The notes: generated by a model not told the origin, from the sequence alone. Positions 1-8,888 are shown, counted from the first letter of the stretch. The stretch is 54,439 nucleotides of DNA from an uncultured Clostridia bacterium (GCA_946491735.1 CAMLYK010000002.1:1-54439), one strand, 5' to 3'. Numbers and translations: made by a program.

Positions 1-44
1 ACATAAATTAATCTATATGTTATATTAATTATGCAATCGTGCGT

Positions 45-120
45 GGGAGATTAGCGCAGTTGGTAGAGTACCTGCCTTACAAGCAGAGGGTCATAGGTTC
101 GAGTCCTATATCTCCCACCA
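45..120 (+). tRNA. tRNA-Val (anticodon UAC)
   Basis: Cloverleaf read by eye. Acceptor is GGGAGAT/ATCTCCC, anticodon loop CTTACAA, T-loop TTCGAGT, and CCA is encoded. Length is 76 nt. There are two stem mismatches (D stem and the top of the anticodon stem). Confidence 0.9.
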
Positions 121-213
121 ATTCAAACGATTGTATTTTATTTTAACAATATAATTTTGTTTGAATATATTATTGTAAGATGCAATTAGAATTAAACACA
201 ATAATTCTAATAT

Positions 214-288
214 GCGGGAGTGGCTCAGTGGTAGAGCGTTGCCTTGCCAAGGCAAATGTCGCGAGTTCGAATCTCGTCTTCCGCTCCA
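214..288 (+). tRNA. tRNA-Gly (anticodon GCC)
   Basis: Acceptor is GCGGGAG/CTTCCGC, anticodon stem TTGCC/GGCAA with loop TTGCCAA, T-loop TTCGAAT, and CCA is encoded. Length is 75 nt. Confidence 0.93.
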
Positions 289-290
289 TA

Positions 291-311
291 AACACAATAT
301 CTTGTGTTTTT
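291..311 (+). terminator. Rho-independent terminator after the tRNA-Val/Gly pair
   Basis: Stem AACACAA/TTGTGTT with a 4-nt loop, running into a T tract. A second hairpin (CTAGGT...ACCTAG, about 319-349) followed by ATTTTTA lies just downstream. Confidence 0.6.
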
Positions 312-473
312 AAGGTGGCTAGGTACTACATTCGGTGGTGGTAAACCTAGTCATTTTTATTTGTGAGTAGAATTTGAGTAGAATAAAAAAAGTATCTTTA
401 CTGCTTTTAATATGTGTATTGAAATACTAATAATAATTTATAAAATAAAATAAAAAAAGTTTAATAAAATATG

Positions 474-502
474 TTGCAATTTTCTTTTTTTTCATATATA
501 AT
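474..502 (+). promoter_or_regulatory. Sigma-70-type promoter for the tRNA-Cys/Leu transcription unit
   Basis: TTGCAA (474-479), a 17-nt spacer, then TATAAT (497-502). It lies about 20 nt upstream of tRNA-Cys. Confidence 0.6.
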
Positions 503-522
503 TATATAGTCTATACGGTAAT

Positions 523-596
523 GGCACCATCGCCAAGTGGTAAGGCTCGGGTCTGCAAAACCCTCATCACCAGTTCGAATCTGGTTGGTGCCTCCA
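523..596 (+). tRNA. tRNA-Cys (anticodon GCA)
   Basis: Acceptor is GGCACCA/TGGTGCC, anticodon loop CTGCAAA, T-loop TTCGAAT, and CCA is encoded. Length is 74 nt. Confidence 0.9.
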
Positions 597-664
597 TCAT
601 TATTATTTATTCAATAATGATTGATGAATATGGAAAAGGACAAACTCATCAGAATTTATACTAT

Positions 665-744
665 GCCGGTGTGGCAAATCGGGTTCCCTAAAAATTTAAT
701 GTAATTTTTAGGGCGAGAAATGGCAGACGCGCGTCACAACCGGC
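665..744 (+). other. tRNA-Leu-derived fragment: a 5' half interrupted by a 41-nt hairpin, with no anticodon or T arm
   Basis: Positions 661-675 are identical to 891-905 (CTATGCCGGTGTGGC). Positions 717-730 are identical to 906-919 (GAAATGGCAGACGC, the D arm of the real tRNA-Leu). The intervening 676-716 holds a perfect 11-bp hairpin (686-696 with 703-713). CACAACCGGC (735-744) can pair back to GCCGGTGTG (665-673). Confidence 0.55.
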
Positions 745-894
745 GATTTATGCAAGATTGCTCGATATACTCGTAATGTAGCATAAACTTGATTGTTCCT
801 TATCCTACTGCGAACGTGTTCTTGTAGGAGACCTGCCCTGTGCTTATTTATTTATCAAGAGTACAGACGAACGAATTTATCTTAATCAAACTAT

Positions 895-982
895 GCCGGT
901 GTGGCGAAATGGCAGACGCACAGGACTTAAAATCCTGGGGGCTTAACCGCCCGTGTCGGTTCGACCCCGACCACCGGCACCA
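895..982 (+). tRNA. tRNA-Leu (anticodon UAA), class II with a long variable arm
   Basis: Acceptor is GCCGGTG/CACCGGC, anticodon stem CAGGA/TCCTG with loop CTTAAAA, a long variable arm, T-loop TTCGACC, and CCA is encoded. Length is 88 nt. Confidence 0.92.
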
Positions 983-1124
983 AATATCTGATTGATAGTG
1001 TTTCATAAAAAATTTTATAATTTATTTTGATATATTATATATTTCATTATTTGATATATTGGACTACGATTTAAAGTTTTGGGCTAACATATAGATTGTT
1101 TTACAACATTATAATAATTTTCAT

Positions 1125-1153
1125 TTGACAATAATAAGTTATTTTGTTATAAA
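1125..1153 (+). promoter_or_regulatory. Sigma-70-type promoter upstream of the small zinc-ribbon gene
   Basis: TTGACA (1125-1130), a 17-nt spacer, then TGtTATAAA (extended -10, hexamer at 1148-1153). Confidence 0.5.
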
Positions 1154-1187
1154 TAATTCAATAAACTTAATGCAAAAGGATGTCTCT

Positions 1188-1474
1188 ATGTTATTTTGTG
1201 AAAAGTGTAATAGATTGTCGAATGACAGTATTTGTGCAATTTGTGGCAAGAAGGGATTGAGAGAAGTGAGAGAGGATGATTTTTGTTTTTTTTGACACTG
1301 TCTGCCTTTAAAACTAGTATTTTTGAAGCAAATTTAAAGGAAAAAAATATTCCTGTAGCGACATTTGGACAAGGTTATGATTTTGCGACAAAGAAGAGTG
1401 CGGAATACAACTTTTTCATTCCTTACAAATTTTTTGATAGAGCAAAAGATTTATATAATCTATTATTTGAATAA
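1188..1474 (+). pseudogene. Small zinc-ribbon / DUF2007-like protein interrupted by a frameshift in a T8 tract
   Basis: ATG at 1188 is preceded by AAAGGA. It reads MLFCEKCNRLSNDSICAICGKKGLREVREDDFCFF and then hits TGA at 1293. The track ORF 1283..1474 continues in the -1 frame (..FFLTLSAFKTSIFEANLKEKNIPV...). The two frames join across T8 at 1286-1293. Confidence 0.6.
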
Positions 1475-1723
1475 TGTAAAATAGTATAGTTAAAATTGAG
1501 TTTGTGAATATGAAATTATTTTGCTAAGATACAATAGTATCAATCAAGTTTTTATCGTTTTAATTTTTTATGAATTCGTAATTAAATATAGATTAGATGT
1601 GATATTTGATTGTGATGCTAAATTTTTCCATCATAGATTATTATAAACAAACATTTGATTTGTTGCCGATTTTTTGCTATTATATATTTTGTAAGTCAAA
1701 ATAAAATTTATTTAGGAGATAAG

Positions 1724-2440
1724 ATGTTAAAAATAGAGCATTTGACAAAAAAATTTGGGGACAAAATTGCAGTAGATGATTTGAGTTTGACAGTAGAAGA
1801 TGGTCAGATATGTGCTTTTATAGGGCATAACGGAGCGGGCAAGACCACTACTCTTAAAGCGATTGCGGGAATTATCGGTTTTGATAACGGTAAAATTTCA
1901 ATTAACGATACAGATGTTCAATCAGAACCTATGAAGGCTAAAATGCAATTATCGTATTTGCCGGACAATCCCGACTTGTATGAACATTTGAAAGGAATAG
2001 AATATTTGAATTTTATTGCTGATGTATTTGGTTTGAGTGTAGAAGAGAGGAAGAATAATATTGAAGAATATGCTAATAGACTTGAAATATATAAGGACTT
2101 GACTGAACCTATATCCTCATATAGTCACGGAATGAAGCAAAAGATTGCATTGGTATCCGCATTGATTCACAAACCTAAATTGTTATTGCTCGACGAACCA
2201 TTTGTTGGGCTAGATCCTATCAGCAGTCATCAATTCAAAATGATATTGCAAGAACTGGCTGACAGTGGTGCTACTATATTTTATTCGACTCATGTGTTAG
2301 ACGTCGCAGAAAAAATTTGTTCGCATGTGGCAATAATCAAGCAGGGCAAATTGATAGTACATGATACTATGGAAAATGTCAAAGGTATGAGCAGTCTAGA
2401 AGATATATTCTTGGAGTTGGAAAATGAAGAACACAATTAA
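1724..2440 (+). CDS. ABC transporter ATP-binding protein
   Basis: Walker A GHNGAGKTT, signature SHGMKQK, Walker B LLLLDEP. The start was moved to the ATG at 1724, behind TAGGAGA. Confidence 0.9.
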   Translation: MLKIEHLTKKFGDKIAVDDLSLTVEDGQICAFIGHNGAGKTTTLKAIAGIIGFDNGKISINDTDVQSEPMKAKMQLSYLPDNPDLYEHLKGIEYLNFIADVFGLSVEERKNNIEEYANRLEIYKDLTEPISSYSHGMKQKIALVSALIHKPKLLLLDEPFVGLDPISSHQFKMILQELADSGATIFYSTHVLDVAEKICSHVAIIKQGKLIVHDTMENVKGMSSLEDIFLELENEEHN

Positions 2441-4004
2441 CTTAACCAAGATATATTTTAAGGAGAGCCTTAGCAACTCATTCAACAGTACAAACAAGCG
2501 AAGTACAATCAAAAATGTTTTGTATTTTATTCTTTTGTTTATATTCATAGCAGTATGCTTAGGTTATTCTTTATACAATATGGCAAGTATTCAAATGCAG
2601 CTTTATGGTACAGCTTCTAGCATCATAATCATTGGCTTGCTGATGTCTACTATTATGGTCATTATGATGACGGCATTTGATACTCAGGGCTATTTTTATA
2701 AATCAAAAGACTATGAAATTTTGCAATCGCTCCCTATTAAGACAACTAGTATTGTGACTGCAAAATATCTCAGTTCGTACATGATGTCATTCATCTATAA
2801 CGCAATGATAGGATTGCCTACGTTTGTAATATATTTTTATTTTGAGCAAATTAATGCGATGGCGATTGTTCTTGCTGTATTTGGATTAATTTTGCTTCCT
2901 GCATTTACACAATTGATAGGTAGTTTGTTAGCTTGGATAATCAATATCATTTCGAGCAAAATGAAAAATAAAAATATAATGAGAAGTATATTGACTATCT
3001 TGTTTTTGATCCTATTATATGTATTTATATTTTCAGCAGATACACCTGGTTTTACTGAGGCGTTTGTAGGTGATATGCCATTGGCAATGAAAATTATTTT
3101 GCCGCATATATACTTTTTATACAATGCAATAACTAATGTCAGTTTGTTATGGTTTTTGGCTTTTTTTGGTATAAGCGTGCTTTTTGCATTCATCAGCATT
3201 TTAGTTGTATCAATCAGTTATAAAAAAATCAATTCATCTTTGAATATAAGCATTAAATCTAAAGGCAAAGGTAAAATCTATTATACAAAATTCAGCGTAT
3301 TTTCTTCATTGTTAAAGAAAGAAGCGAAGACGTTTATATCTAGTCCTGTATATTTGATGAACGGCATCATTGGACCAATTTTAGTAATCATAATGGCAAT
3401 AATAGTCGGTATTGGCATGAGAGATATCAGTGGCTTAGCATTAAATATTTATGCAGTGATCACAATGACTTTGCTGACTCTTAGTATTGGAATGGTGCCA
3501 ACCACTGCGGTTTCAATTTCAATGGAGGGTACCAAATTCTTCAATCTAAAAAGTTTACCGATAAAATATTCAACTATAACATTATCAAAAATTACATTCA
3601 ATTTACTTTTAGTATTCCCATTCTTATTGATAGCACAAATAATACTTTGGATAATTAATCCATTTGAATTGGGAGTATGCATTTTATTATTCTTCTACTA
3701 TATAATAAGTTTGATTCTGTATGTATCATTTGGGATGTTGATGAATTTAAAGATGCCTAGACTAAAATGGAGTAGTGAAACGCAGGCGGTAAAACAGGGC
3801 GCTAGCATGTTGACAACAATGATAGTCAATTTAATACTCTCGTTTTTGCCAATGATAGTTTATTTTATATTCAGTCAAGAAATTTTGTCCATGGGAATTG
3901 TGCTATATATGGGAATAATGTTTATCCTAAATATAATTTTAGCTATCATCGTTATAAGTTTACTATTTACTGTTGGAAAGAAATTGTATAATAATATAGA
4001 ATGA
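2424..4004 (+). CDS. ABC exporter permease, a large polytopic membrane protein
   Basis: 526 aa, hydrophobic throughout with many predicted TM helices. It overlaps the upstream ATPase gene by 17 nt, which suggests translational coupling. Confidence 0.7.
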   Translation: MKNTINLTKIYFKESLSNSFNSTNKRSTIKNVLYFILLFIFIAVCLGYSLYNMASIQMQLYGTASSIIIIGLLMSTIMVIMMTAFDTQGYFYKSKDYEILQSLPIKTTSIVTAKYLSSYMMSFIYNAMIGLPTFVIYFYFEQINAMAIVLAVFGLILLPAFTQLIGSLLAWIINIISSKMKNKNIMRSILTILFLILLYVFIFSADTPGFTEAFVGDMPLAMKIILPHIYFLYNAITNVSLLWFLAFFGISVLFAFISILVVSISYKKINSSLNISIKSKGKGKIYYTKFSVFSSLLKKEAKTFISSPVYLMNGIIGPILVIIMAIIVGIGMRDISGLALNIYAVITMTLLTLSIGMVPTTAVSISMEGTKFFNLKSLPIKYSTITLSKITFNLLLVFPFLLIAQIILWIINPFELGVCILLFFYYIISLILYVSFGMLMNLKMPRLKWSSETQAVKQGASMLTTMIVNLILSFLPMIVYFIFSQEILSMGIVLYMGIMFILNIILAIIVISLLFTVGKKLYNNIE

Positions 4005-4044
4005 TAATCGTAAATTACAAGCAAAAAAATCAAATTAATTTTGC

Positions 4045-4074
4045 AAAAAATGCCACAATTTGTGGCATTTTTTT
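4045..4074. terminator. Bidirectional Rho-independent terminator between convergent genes
   Basis: A6, then stem TGCCACA/TGTGGCA with a 3-nt loop, then T7. Confidence 0.7.
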
Positions 4075-4768
4075 AAGCAAAGCATTCTTCTAAAGAAAGA
4101 TATGCTGTGCGTGCTTTTTTATTTATTTTAGTAAAATAATCTAGAGCTATCATGAGAGAATATACTAGTTTTTTATCATTTTTTTCACTAGCAATGAAAA
4201 GGGAATTAAGAAGCATTGAAAATTCTTCTTTTTCATTCATTTTCAGCTTGTAATTGTCTATATTTTTCATTATCATGCGGACGCAAGTTTTAATTTTGTT
4301 GTAATAATTGGTTTGATAATCATCCGTATCTACAATGACATGACGCTTTGAGTAAATATCATTAATGGCTTGTTTGAATGGAATGATAATTGCATTAGCA
4401 AAATTGTAAAATTCCTTGCCATTATGTTCTCCTTCGATTTTAAAATACCTTGCTATGAAATCGTAGAAATCATACATTTTGGTGTTAAATCTGTAAAGTA
4501 GGTTATATACAAATGCAATAATATCTTTTTCATTATTAGGTAATGTAAGAGTAAAACCATCCTCGTATTCTTTGGACGCTGATGAAAAGGCTGAATTGAA
4601 ATCATAATCATCTATGCATGATGAAATTATATTTTTTAATTTATCATCTTCTGATATAATTTTCAAAATGGAAGCGATTTTGATATCTGCCAAAATATAT
4701 TTCCCTGAAATAAATTCATCGCATGCGGTATTAAATGGAATTAATTCATGAATACTTTGATTATTCAT
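4073..4768 (-). CDS. Hypothetical protein (231 aa, soluble, no family recognised)
   Basis: Track ORF 4073..4816. The start was moved to the ATG at 4768 (MNNQSIHE...), which follows AGGAG with a 5-nt spacer on the minus strand. Confidence 0.6.
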   Translation of the reverse strand: MNNQSIHELIPFNTACDEFISGKYILADIKIASILKIISEDDKLKNIISSCIDDYDFNSAFSSASKEYEDGFTLTLPNNEKDIIAFVYNLLYRFNTKMYDFYDFIARYFKIEGEHNGKEFYNFANAIIIPFKQAINDIYSKRHVIVDTDDYQTNYYNKIKTCVRMIMKNIDNYKLKMNEKEEFSMLLNSLFIASEKNDKKLVYSLMIALDYFTKINKKARTAYLSLEECFA

Positions 4769-4889
4769 ACATACTCCTATATTTATCATTATAACAAAAT
4801 TAAAATTTGATAGCAAGAAATTTAAACTCTTTTAAAAAGTTGTAATTTTATTTATAATATTGTATAATAATAGCAACGAAGGATGAATT

Positions 4890-5426
4890 ATGGATTTTGT
4901 ACCTGATAACACTGTCAATAAATTGATATTATTATACGTTTTGGACAAAATGGAGATACCGCTTACTGAAAACTCCATTTTGGAAATTTGTTCTAGTCAA
5001 AACAATTGGGTCAACTGGATGGATTGTAAAGATTTGCTATCACAATTGATCACTTCAAAATTTGTATATAAACCCAATACAGATAGCGATGAAAATAGAT
5101 ATTACATTACAGTTGCGGGCAGGGAGTGTTTATCACAATTTTATACACGTATTCCGGCAAGTCTTAGGGATAATATATCTCATTTTGCACAAGAAAACAA
5201 AATGCAGTTTAAACGAAATCAAGAGTATGTAGCAAAGTCGTATAAAAATGAAGATGGCAGCTACACAGTTGATTTAAAAATTCTAGAGCCACTCACGACG
5301 GATTCAATTTTTTCGCTTAAACTAAAAACAGATACCAGACACAATGCCACTGTCGCTTGTAAACGTTGGAGAGAGTTGGCAGCTAATGTCTATGAATACA
5401 TATATAGCAGGATTATTGATAATTAA
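4890..5426 (+). CDS. DUF4364 family protein (putative winged-helix-like regulator)
   Basis: 178 aa. The N-terminus NKLILLYVLDKMEIPLTENSILEI and the overall length match my recollection of the DUF4364 family. An AAGGA RBS is present. Confidence 0.55.
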   Translation: MDFVPDNTVNKLILLYVLDKMEIPLTENSILEICSSQNNWVNWMDCKDLLSQLITSKFVYKPNTDSDENRYYITVAGRECLSQFYTRIPASLRDNISHFAQENKMQFKRNQEYVAKSYKNEDGSYTVDLKILEPLTTDSIFSLKLKTDTRHNATVACKRWRELAANVYEYIYSRIIDN

Positions 5427-5454
5427 AAAAGACCACTTACAAGGTGGTCTTTTA
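5426..5454. terminator. Bidirectional terminator between convergent genes
   Basis: A6, then stem GACCAC/GTGGTC with a 7-nt loop, then T4. It is stronger when read on the minus strand. Confidence 0.6.
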
Positions 5455-5997
5455 ATATATAGCATTGTATTCATTAACGTTTTGAATGGTATTCATCTCT
5501 GCTTTAATATGATATATACTATTGAATCCGCTTATTGCGAACAAGAATAATACAGGCATATAAAACGTTATGGAAGAATAATAAATGATTTCCAAAATAG
5601 AGTAGGTAAGTCCACAAACTAACACCAGTAGCATGACAAATCCTATAAATTTAGTCAGCAAATTGAACATTTTCAAAAAACTGCCTTTTTTATTGTCCGA
5701 TATAATACTTATTGTTCTAACAGATTTCCCAGAATGTCGTATTTGATTCATAATATTCAAATTCCTAAAAGCATAAATCAGCGCTGTAAATGTAAGAATT
5801 AATGATGTGAGCATGACAAAGATGCTAACTATTAACATCGTCGTTGACAAACTGTCTGATAGGTAATAACTGAACATTGAAATAAGTTGCCAGATGAATA
5901 TTAAAAAGAACAGGCTCATAAATAAAATTCTATAACCAGTATCTTTTTTCAAAAATGGTAAATCCTTGTGTTGATATTCAAGTTTTTTAAACTTCAT
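5452..5997 (-). CDS. Hypothetical membrane protein (about 4 TM helices)
   Basis: 181-aa ORF with hydrophobic segments and an AGAGG RBS. Its own TTGACT-17-TAAAAT promoter overlaps the end of the upstream gene on the minus strand. Confidence 0.6.
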   Translation of the reverse strand: MKFKKLEYQHKDLPFLKKDTGYRILFMSLFFLIFIWQLISMFSYYLSDSLSTTMLIVSIFVMLTSLILTFTALIYAFRNLNIMNQIRHSGKSVRTISIISDNKKGSFLKMFNLLTKFIGFVMLLVLVCGLTYSILEIIYYSSITFYMPVLFLFAISGFNSIYHIKAEMNTIQNVNEYNAIY

Positions 5998-6048
5998 TTT
6001 TTACCTCTATAATAATTTTATATAAAATAAAAAGCAAAGTCAAACAAT

Positions 6049-7020
6049 TTAATGAATAAAAATAATTGCCAATGGGATAGTGATCAAAGTACATATCAGT
6101 CCCTGAGTTAATTTTTGTTTGACAATTGTTTTTGTCGATATTTTGAGTTTATTTAAAAACGAAAGTGATTGCATCAATATGCTAATGCCGCCAAAGCCTA
6201 TTAGACCACTGGCGATTATTGTTTTTAATGTTAAACTGATATTTACATTGTTCAATTCTATCACACCTCTAGTTATTTCAAAAAAACCAATTATTGTCGC
6301 TCTAATTGTTTCAAAATTTTGTGAACAATGAAATATTGTACAGATTGCTTTTGATATATTGTCAATAACATTGATGTTGAGCAAAACATCGATGATCAAA
6401 AAACTCAGTATCATATAAGCACAAACCATAAAAATTGATATAGTAGCATCGTATACACTATTTGATAATACATTTTCGTATTTTTTTCCTTTATATGTCA
6501 AATTTTTATCAACATATTTATCTTTTCTGTAAATCAAGCCGTTTAATAGTACTGAAATGATGTTTGCAATTAAAATTATAATTCCTGCCTTATACGAGAG
6601 AAAAATACTGACTCCAACAGTTCCAATGATGAACATTGGACCGCTAATAGAGCAAAAGGACATCATTTTTTCCGCTTCTTTTTTTTCAATCTGTCCCTGC
6701 TCGTGTAGTGTGCATATTAATTTTGCTCCCATAGGATAGCCCGAAATTATGGATAGCAAAAAAATTTTAAAACCAAAATTTGGCACATGATAGATATTGT
6801 TAAAGTGTTTGTCCAATTTTCCTTTTTTGAATTCAGACAAACTAACTATTATTCTCGTGAAAATAAAAAAGGGAAACAATACAGGTAAAACTTTTAATGC
6901 CCAGACCGAAATTGCATTCAAACACGAATTAGCGTAAATTGCTGGATTTAAAATAAAAATAATACATATAAATAATATTAGCAAAATGATAATTTTATTT
7001 GATTTTAAAAATTTAATCAT
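6049..7020 (-). CDS. YlbJ-like / nucleoside-recognition (Gate) domain integral membrane protein
   Basis: 323-aa polytopic protein. The N-terminal CLNAISVWALKVLPVLFPFFIF motif resembles YlbJ-type proteins. Confidence 0.5.
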   Translation of the reverse strand: MIKFLKSNKIIILLILFICIIFILNPAIYANSCLNAISVWALKVLPVLFPFFIFTRIIVSLSEFKKGKLDKHFNNIYHVPNFGFKIFLLSIISGYPMGAKLICTLHEQGQIEKKEAEKMMSFCSISGPMFIIGTVGVSIFLSYKAGIIILIANIISVLLNGLIYRKDKYVDKNLTYKGKKYENVLSNSVYDATISIFMVCAYMILSFLIIDVLLNINVIDNISKAICTIFHCSQNFETIRATIIGFFEITRGVIELNNVNISLTLKTIIASGLIGFGGISILMQSLSFLNKLKISTKTIVKQKLTQGLICTLITIPLAIIFIH

Positions 7021-7049
7021 ATATAATTATATTAAAGATTGGGGTAGAT

Positions 7050-7916
7050 ATGAAAAAATTAGCTTTAGTTTTAGGTGGTGGATCTTCAAAGGGATATGCT
7101 CATATTGGTGTATTAAAAGTTCTTGAAAAAAACGGTATCAAGCCAGATATAATCGTGGGTACATCTATGGGTGCGTTAGTTGGAGGTCTGTATTCTACAG
7201 GCATTTCCATTGACAAATTAGAAGAAATGGCTATGAAATTTAATAGCCTTGGACCGTTTAGTTTGTATTCCGCGTTGTTTAAAGACAATTTATTGAATGT
7301 AGATAAAGTAAAACGTCTGATAGAAAGAGAGGCTAAAGATATTACTCATGAAGACTGTCCTATTAAATTTGTATCAGTTTCTACAGAATTAAACTTAGGG
7401 AAAGAAAAATATTTTGATACCGGTTTGATTAAAGATAGCATAATTGCTAGTATATCAATACCTGGAGTTTTTCCGCGATTTAAGTTGGGCAACAATGTTT
7501 ACGTAGATGGAGGATTACTCAACAATCTACCCGAAGATGTTGCGAAAAAATATATGCCAGATGCTGTAATTCTTTCAATTGACGTAATAGGTGAATATTC
7601 TAAACAGGTAGAAAAATTGCGCATGAAAACAATAGAAACTATTATCAATGCTTCTACCTTAATGACACAAACTATTGCAAACAAAAAACCTCAGTTGGCG
7701 GATTTAAGGATATCAATATCTCAACCGCATGTTAGTCAGTTGGATTTTTCAAAAAATACGGTTCAAAAAGCAATCAACAAAGGAGCAAACGTCACAAGAA
7801 AGTATATTTCCGAAATAAAAAGATTGTTGGAAATTTCTGATATAGAGAACAAAAAAAGTAAAAGTGTAAAACAAAATGTTAAATCTAAAACAACTACGGA
7901 TAAAACTAATAAATAA
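7050..7916 (+). CDS. Patatin-like phospholipase family protein
   Basis: Oxyanion GGGSSKG, nucleophile elbow GTSMG, catalytic DGG (VYVDGGL). Confidence 0.88.
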   Translation: MKKLALVLGGGSSKGYAHIGVLKVLEKNGIKPDIIVGTSMGALVGGLYSTGISIDKLEEMAMKFNSLGPFSLYSALFKDNLLNVDKVKRLIEREAKDITHEDCPIKFVSVSTELNLGKEKYFDTGLIKDSIIASISIPGVFPRFKLGNNVYVDGGLLNNLPEDVAKKYMPDAVILSIDVIGEYSKQVEKLRMKTIETIINASTLMTQTIANKKPQLADLRISISQPHVSQLDFSKNTVQKAINKGANVTRKYISEIKRLLEISDIENKKSKSVKQNVKSKTTTDKTNK

Positions 7917-7928
7917 TTAGGGGGAATC

Positions 7929-8888
7929 ATGAAAATAATTGATGATATAAAAAAAAGAGCAAAAAAAATTAATGCCACTATAGTTATCCCTGAAGCAAAT
8001 CTGGATAAACGAGTGTATGAGGCTGCTAAGCAAATACTGGATAATAAAATTTCAAAGCTCATCGTTTTTGGTAAAAATAGTGAATTTGATGACAGTTTCA
8101 AAACAAAAGATTGCCAAATTATTGATATCACAACATACAAAGATTTGGACAAGTTTGCAAAAGATTTGTATGAAATTAGAAAAGCAAAGGGTATGTCAAT
8201 AGAGGAGGCAAATAGATTAGTAAGACGCCCAGATTATTTTTCAATGATGCTATTAAAAGATGATTTAGCAGATGGTATGGTGGCGGGTGCCACATGGTCT
8301 ACGGCGGACACTTTGCGTCCTGCCTTGCAAGTAATCAAGACCAAGAAGGATAAGCCAATAGTGACGGGTATTACTTTGATGGTGAAAGAAAATGCCGATC
8401 CAAAAGTCTTTGCAGATGTGTCACTGATAGAAAATCCAACTAGCGAAAATTTGGCAGATATTGCAATATCTAGTGCGGAATTTATAGAAAAGGTTTTGGG
8501 ATTAGAACCAAAGGTTGCAATGCTAAGCTATTCGACAAAGGGCAGTGCCAAGAGTGAAATGGTAGACAAGGTACAAATTGCAACAGAAATCGCCAACAAA
8601 AAATCAAACTATCTAATTGATGGTGAGATGCAAGTTGATTCAGCATTAGACAAGTCAACTGCTGTAAAGAAGGGCGTCACAAGTAAAGTTGGAGGAGAGG
8701 CGAACGTGCTTGTCTTCCCAGATCTTAATGCAGGTAATATTGGGTACAAGTTGGTTGCACGTATGGGAGGATATACGGCAATAGGTCCAATCATGTTGAA
8801 TTTCAACAAGCCAGTCAACGACCTAAGTCGAGGCTCAAATGTTGAGGAAATAATCAATACCATTTGCATCACAAAATTATTGATTTAA
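7929..8888 (+). CDS. pta: Phosphate acetyltransferase (short form)
   Basis: 319 aa with a typical Pta N-terminus (IVIPEANLDKRVYEAAK) and C-terminal motifs. It lies next to ackA. Confidence 0.9.
   Translation: MKIIDDIKKRAKKINATIVIPEANLDKRVYEAAKQILDNKISKLIVFGKNSEFDDSFKTKDCQIIDITTYKDLDKFAKDLYEIRKAKGMSIEEANRLVRRPDYFSMMLLKDDLADGMVAGATWSTADTLRPALQVIKTKKDKPIVTGITLMVKENADPKVFADVSLIENPTSENLADIAISSAEFIEKVLGLEPKVAMLSYSTKGSAKSEMVDKVQIATEIANKKSNYLIDGEMQVDSALDKSTAVKKGVTSKVGGEANVLVFPDLNAGNIGYKLVARMGGYTAIGPIMLNFNKPVNDLSRGSNVEEIINTICITKLLI

Noticed and set aside
106-297. 63-aa minus-strand ORF from the track
   Set aside because: It lies entirely across tRNA-Val, the spacer and tRNA-Gly. Its sequence is a reverse read of tRNA genes and it has no RBS.
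364-384. Tandem direct repeat TGAGTAGAAT (364-373 and 375-384) downstream of tRNA-Gly
   Set aside because: There are only two short copies in an AT-rich spacer, with no associated ORF or further copies seen elsewhere in the window.
5344-5550. 68-aa plus-strand ORF
   Set aside because: It spans the end of the DUF4364 gene, the bidirectional terminator and the antisense strand of the 181-aa membrane-protein gene. It has no RBS.
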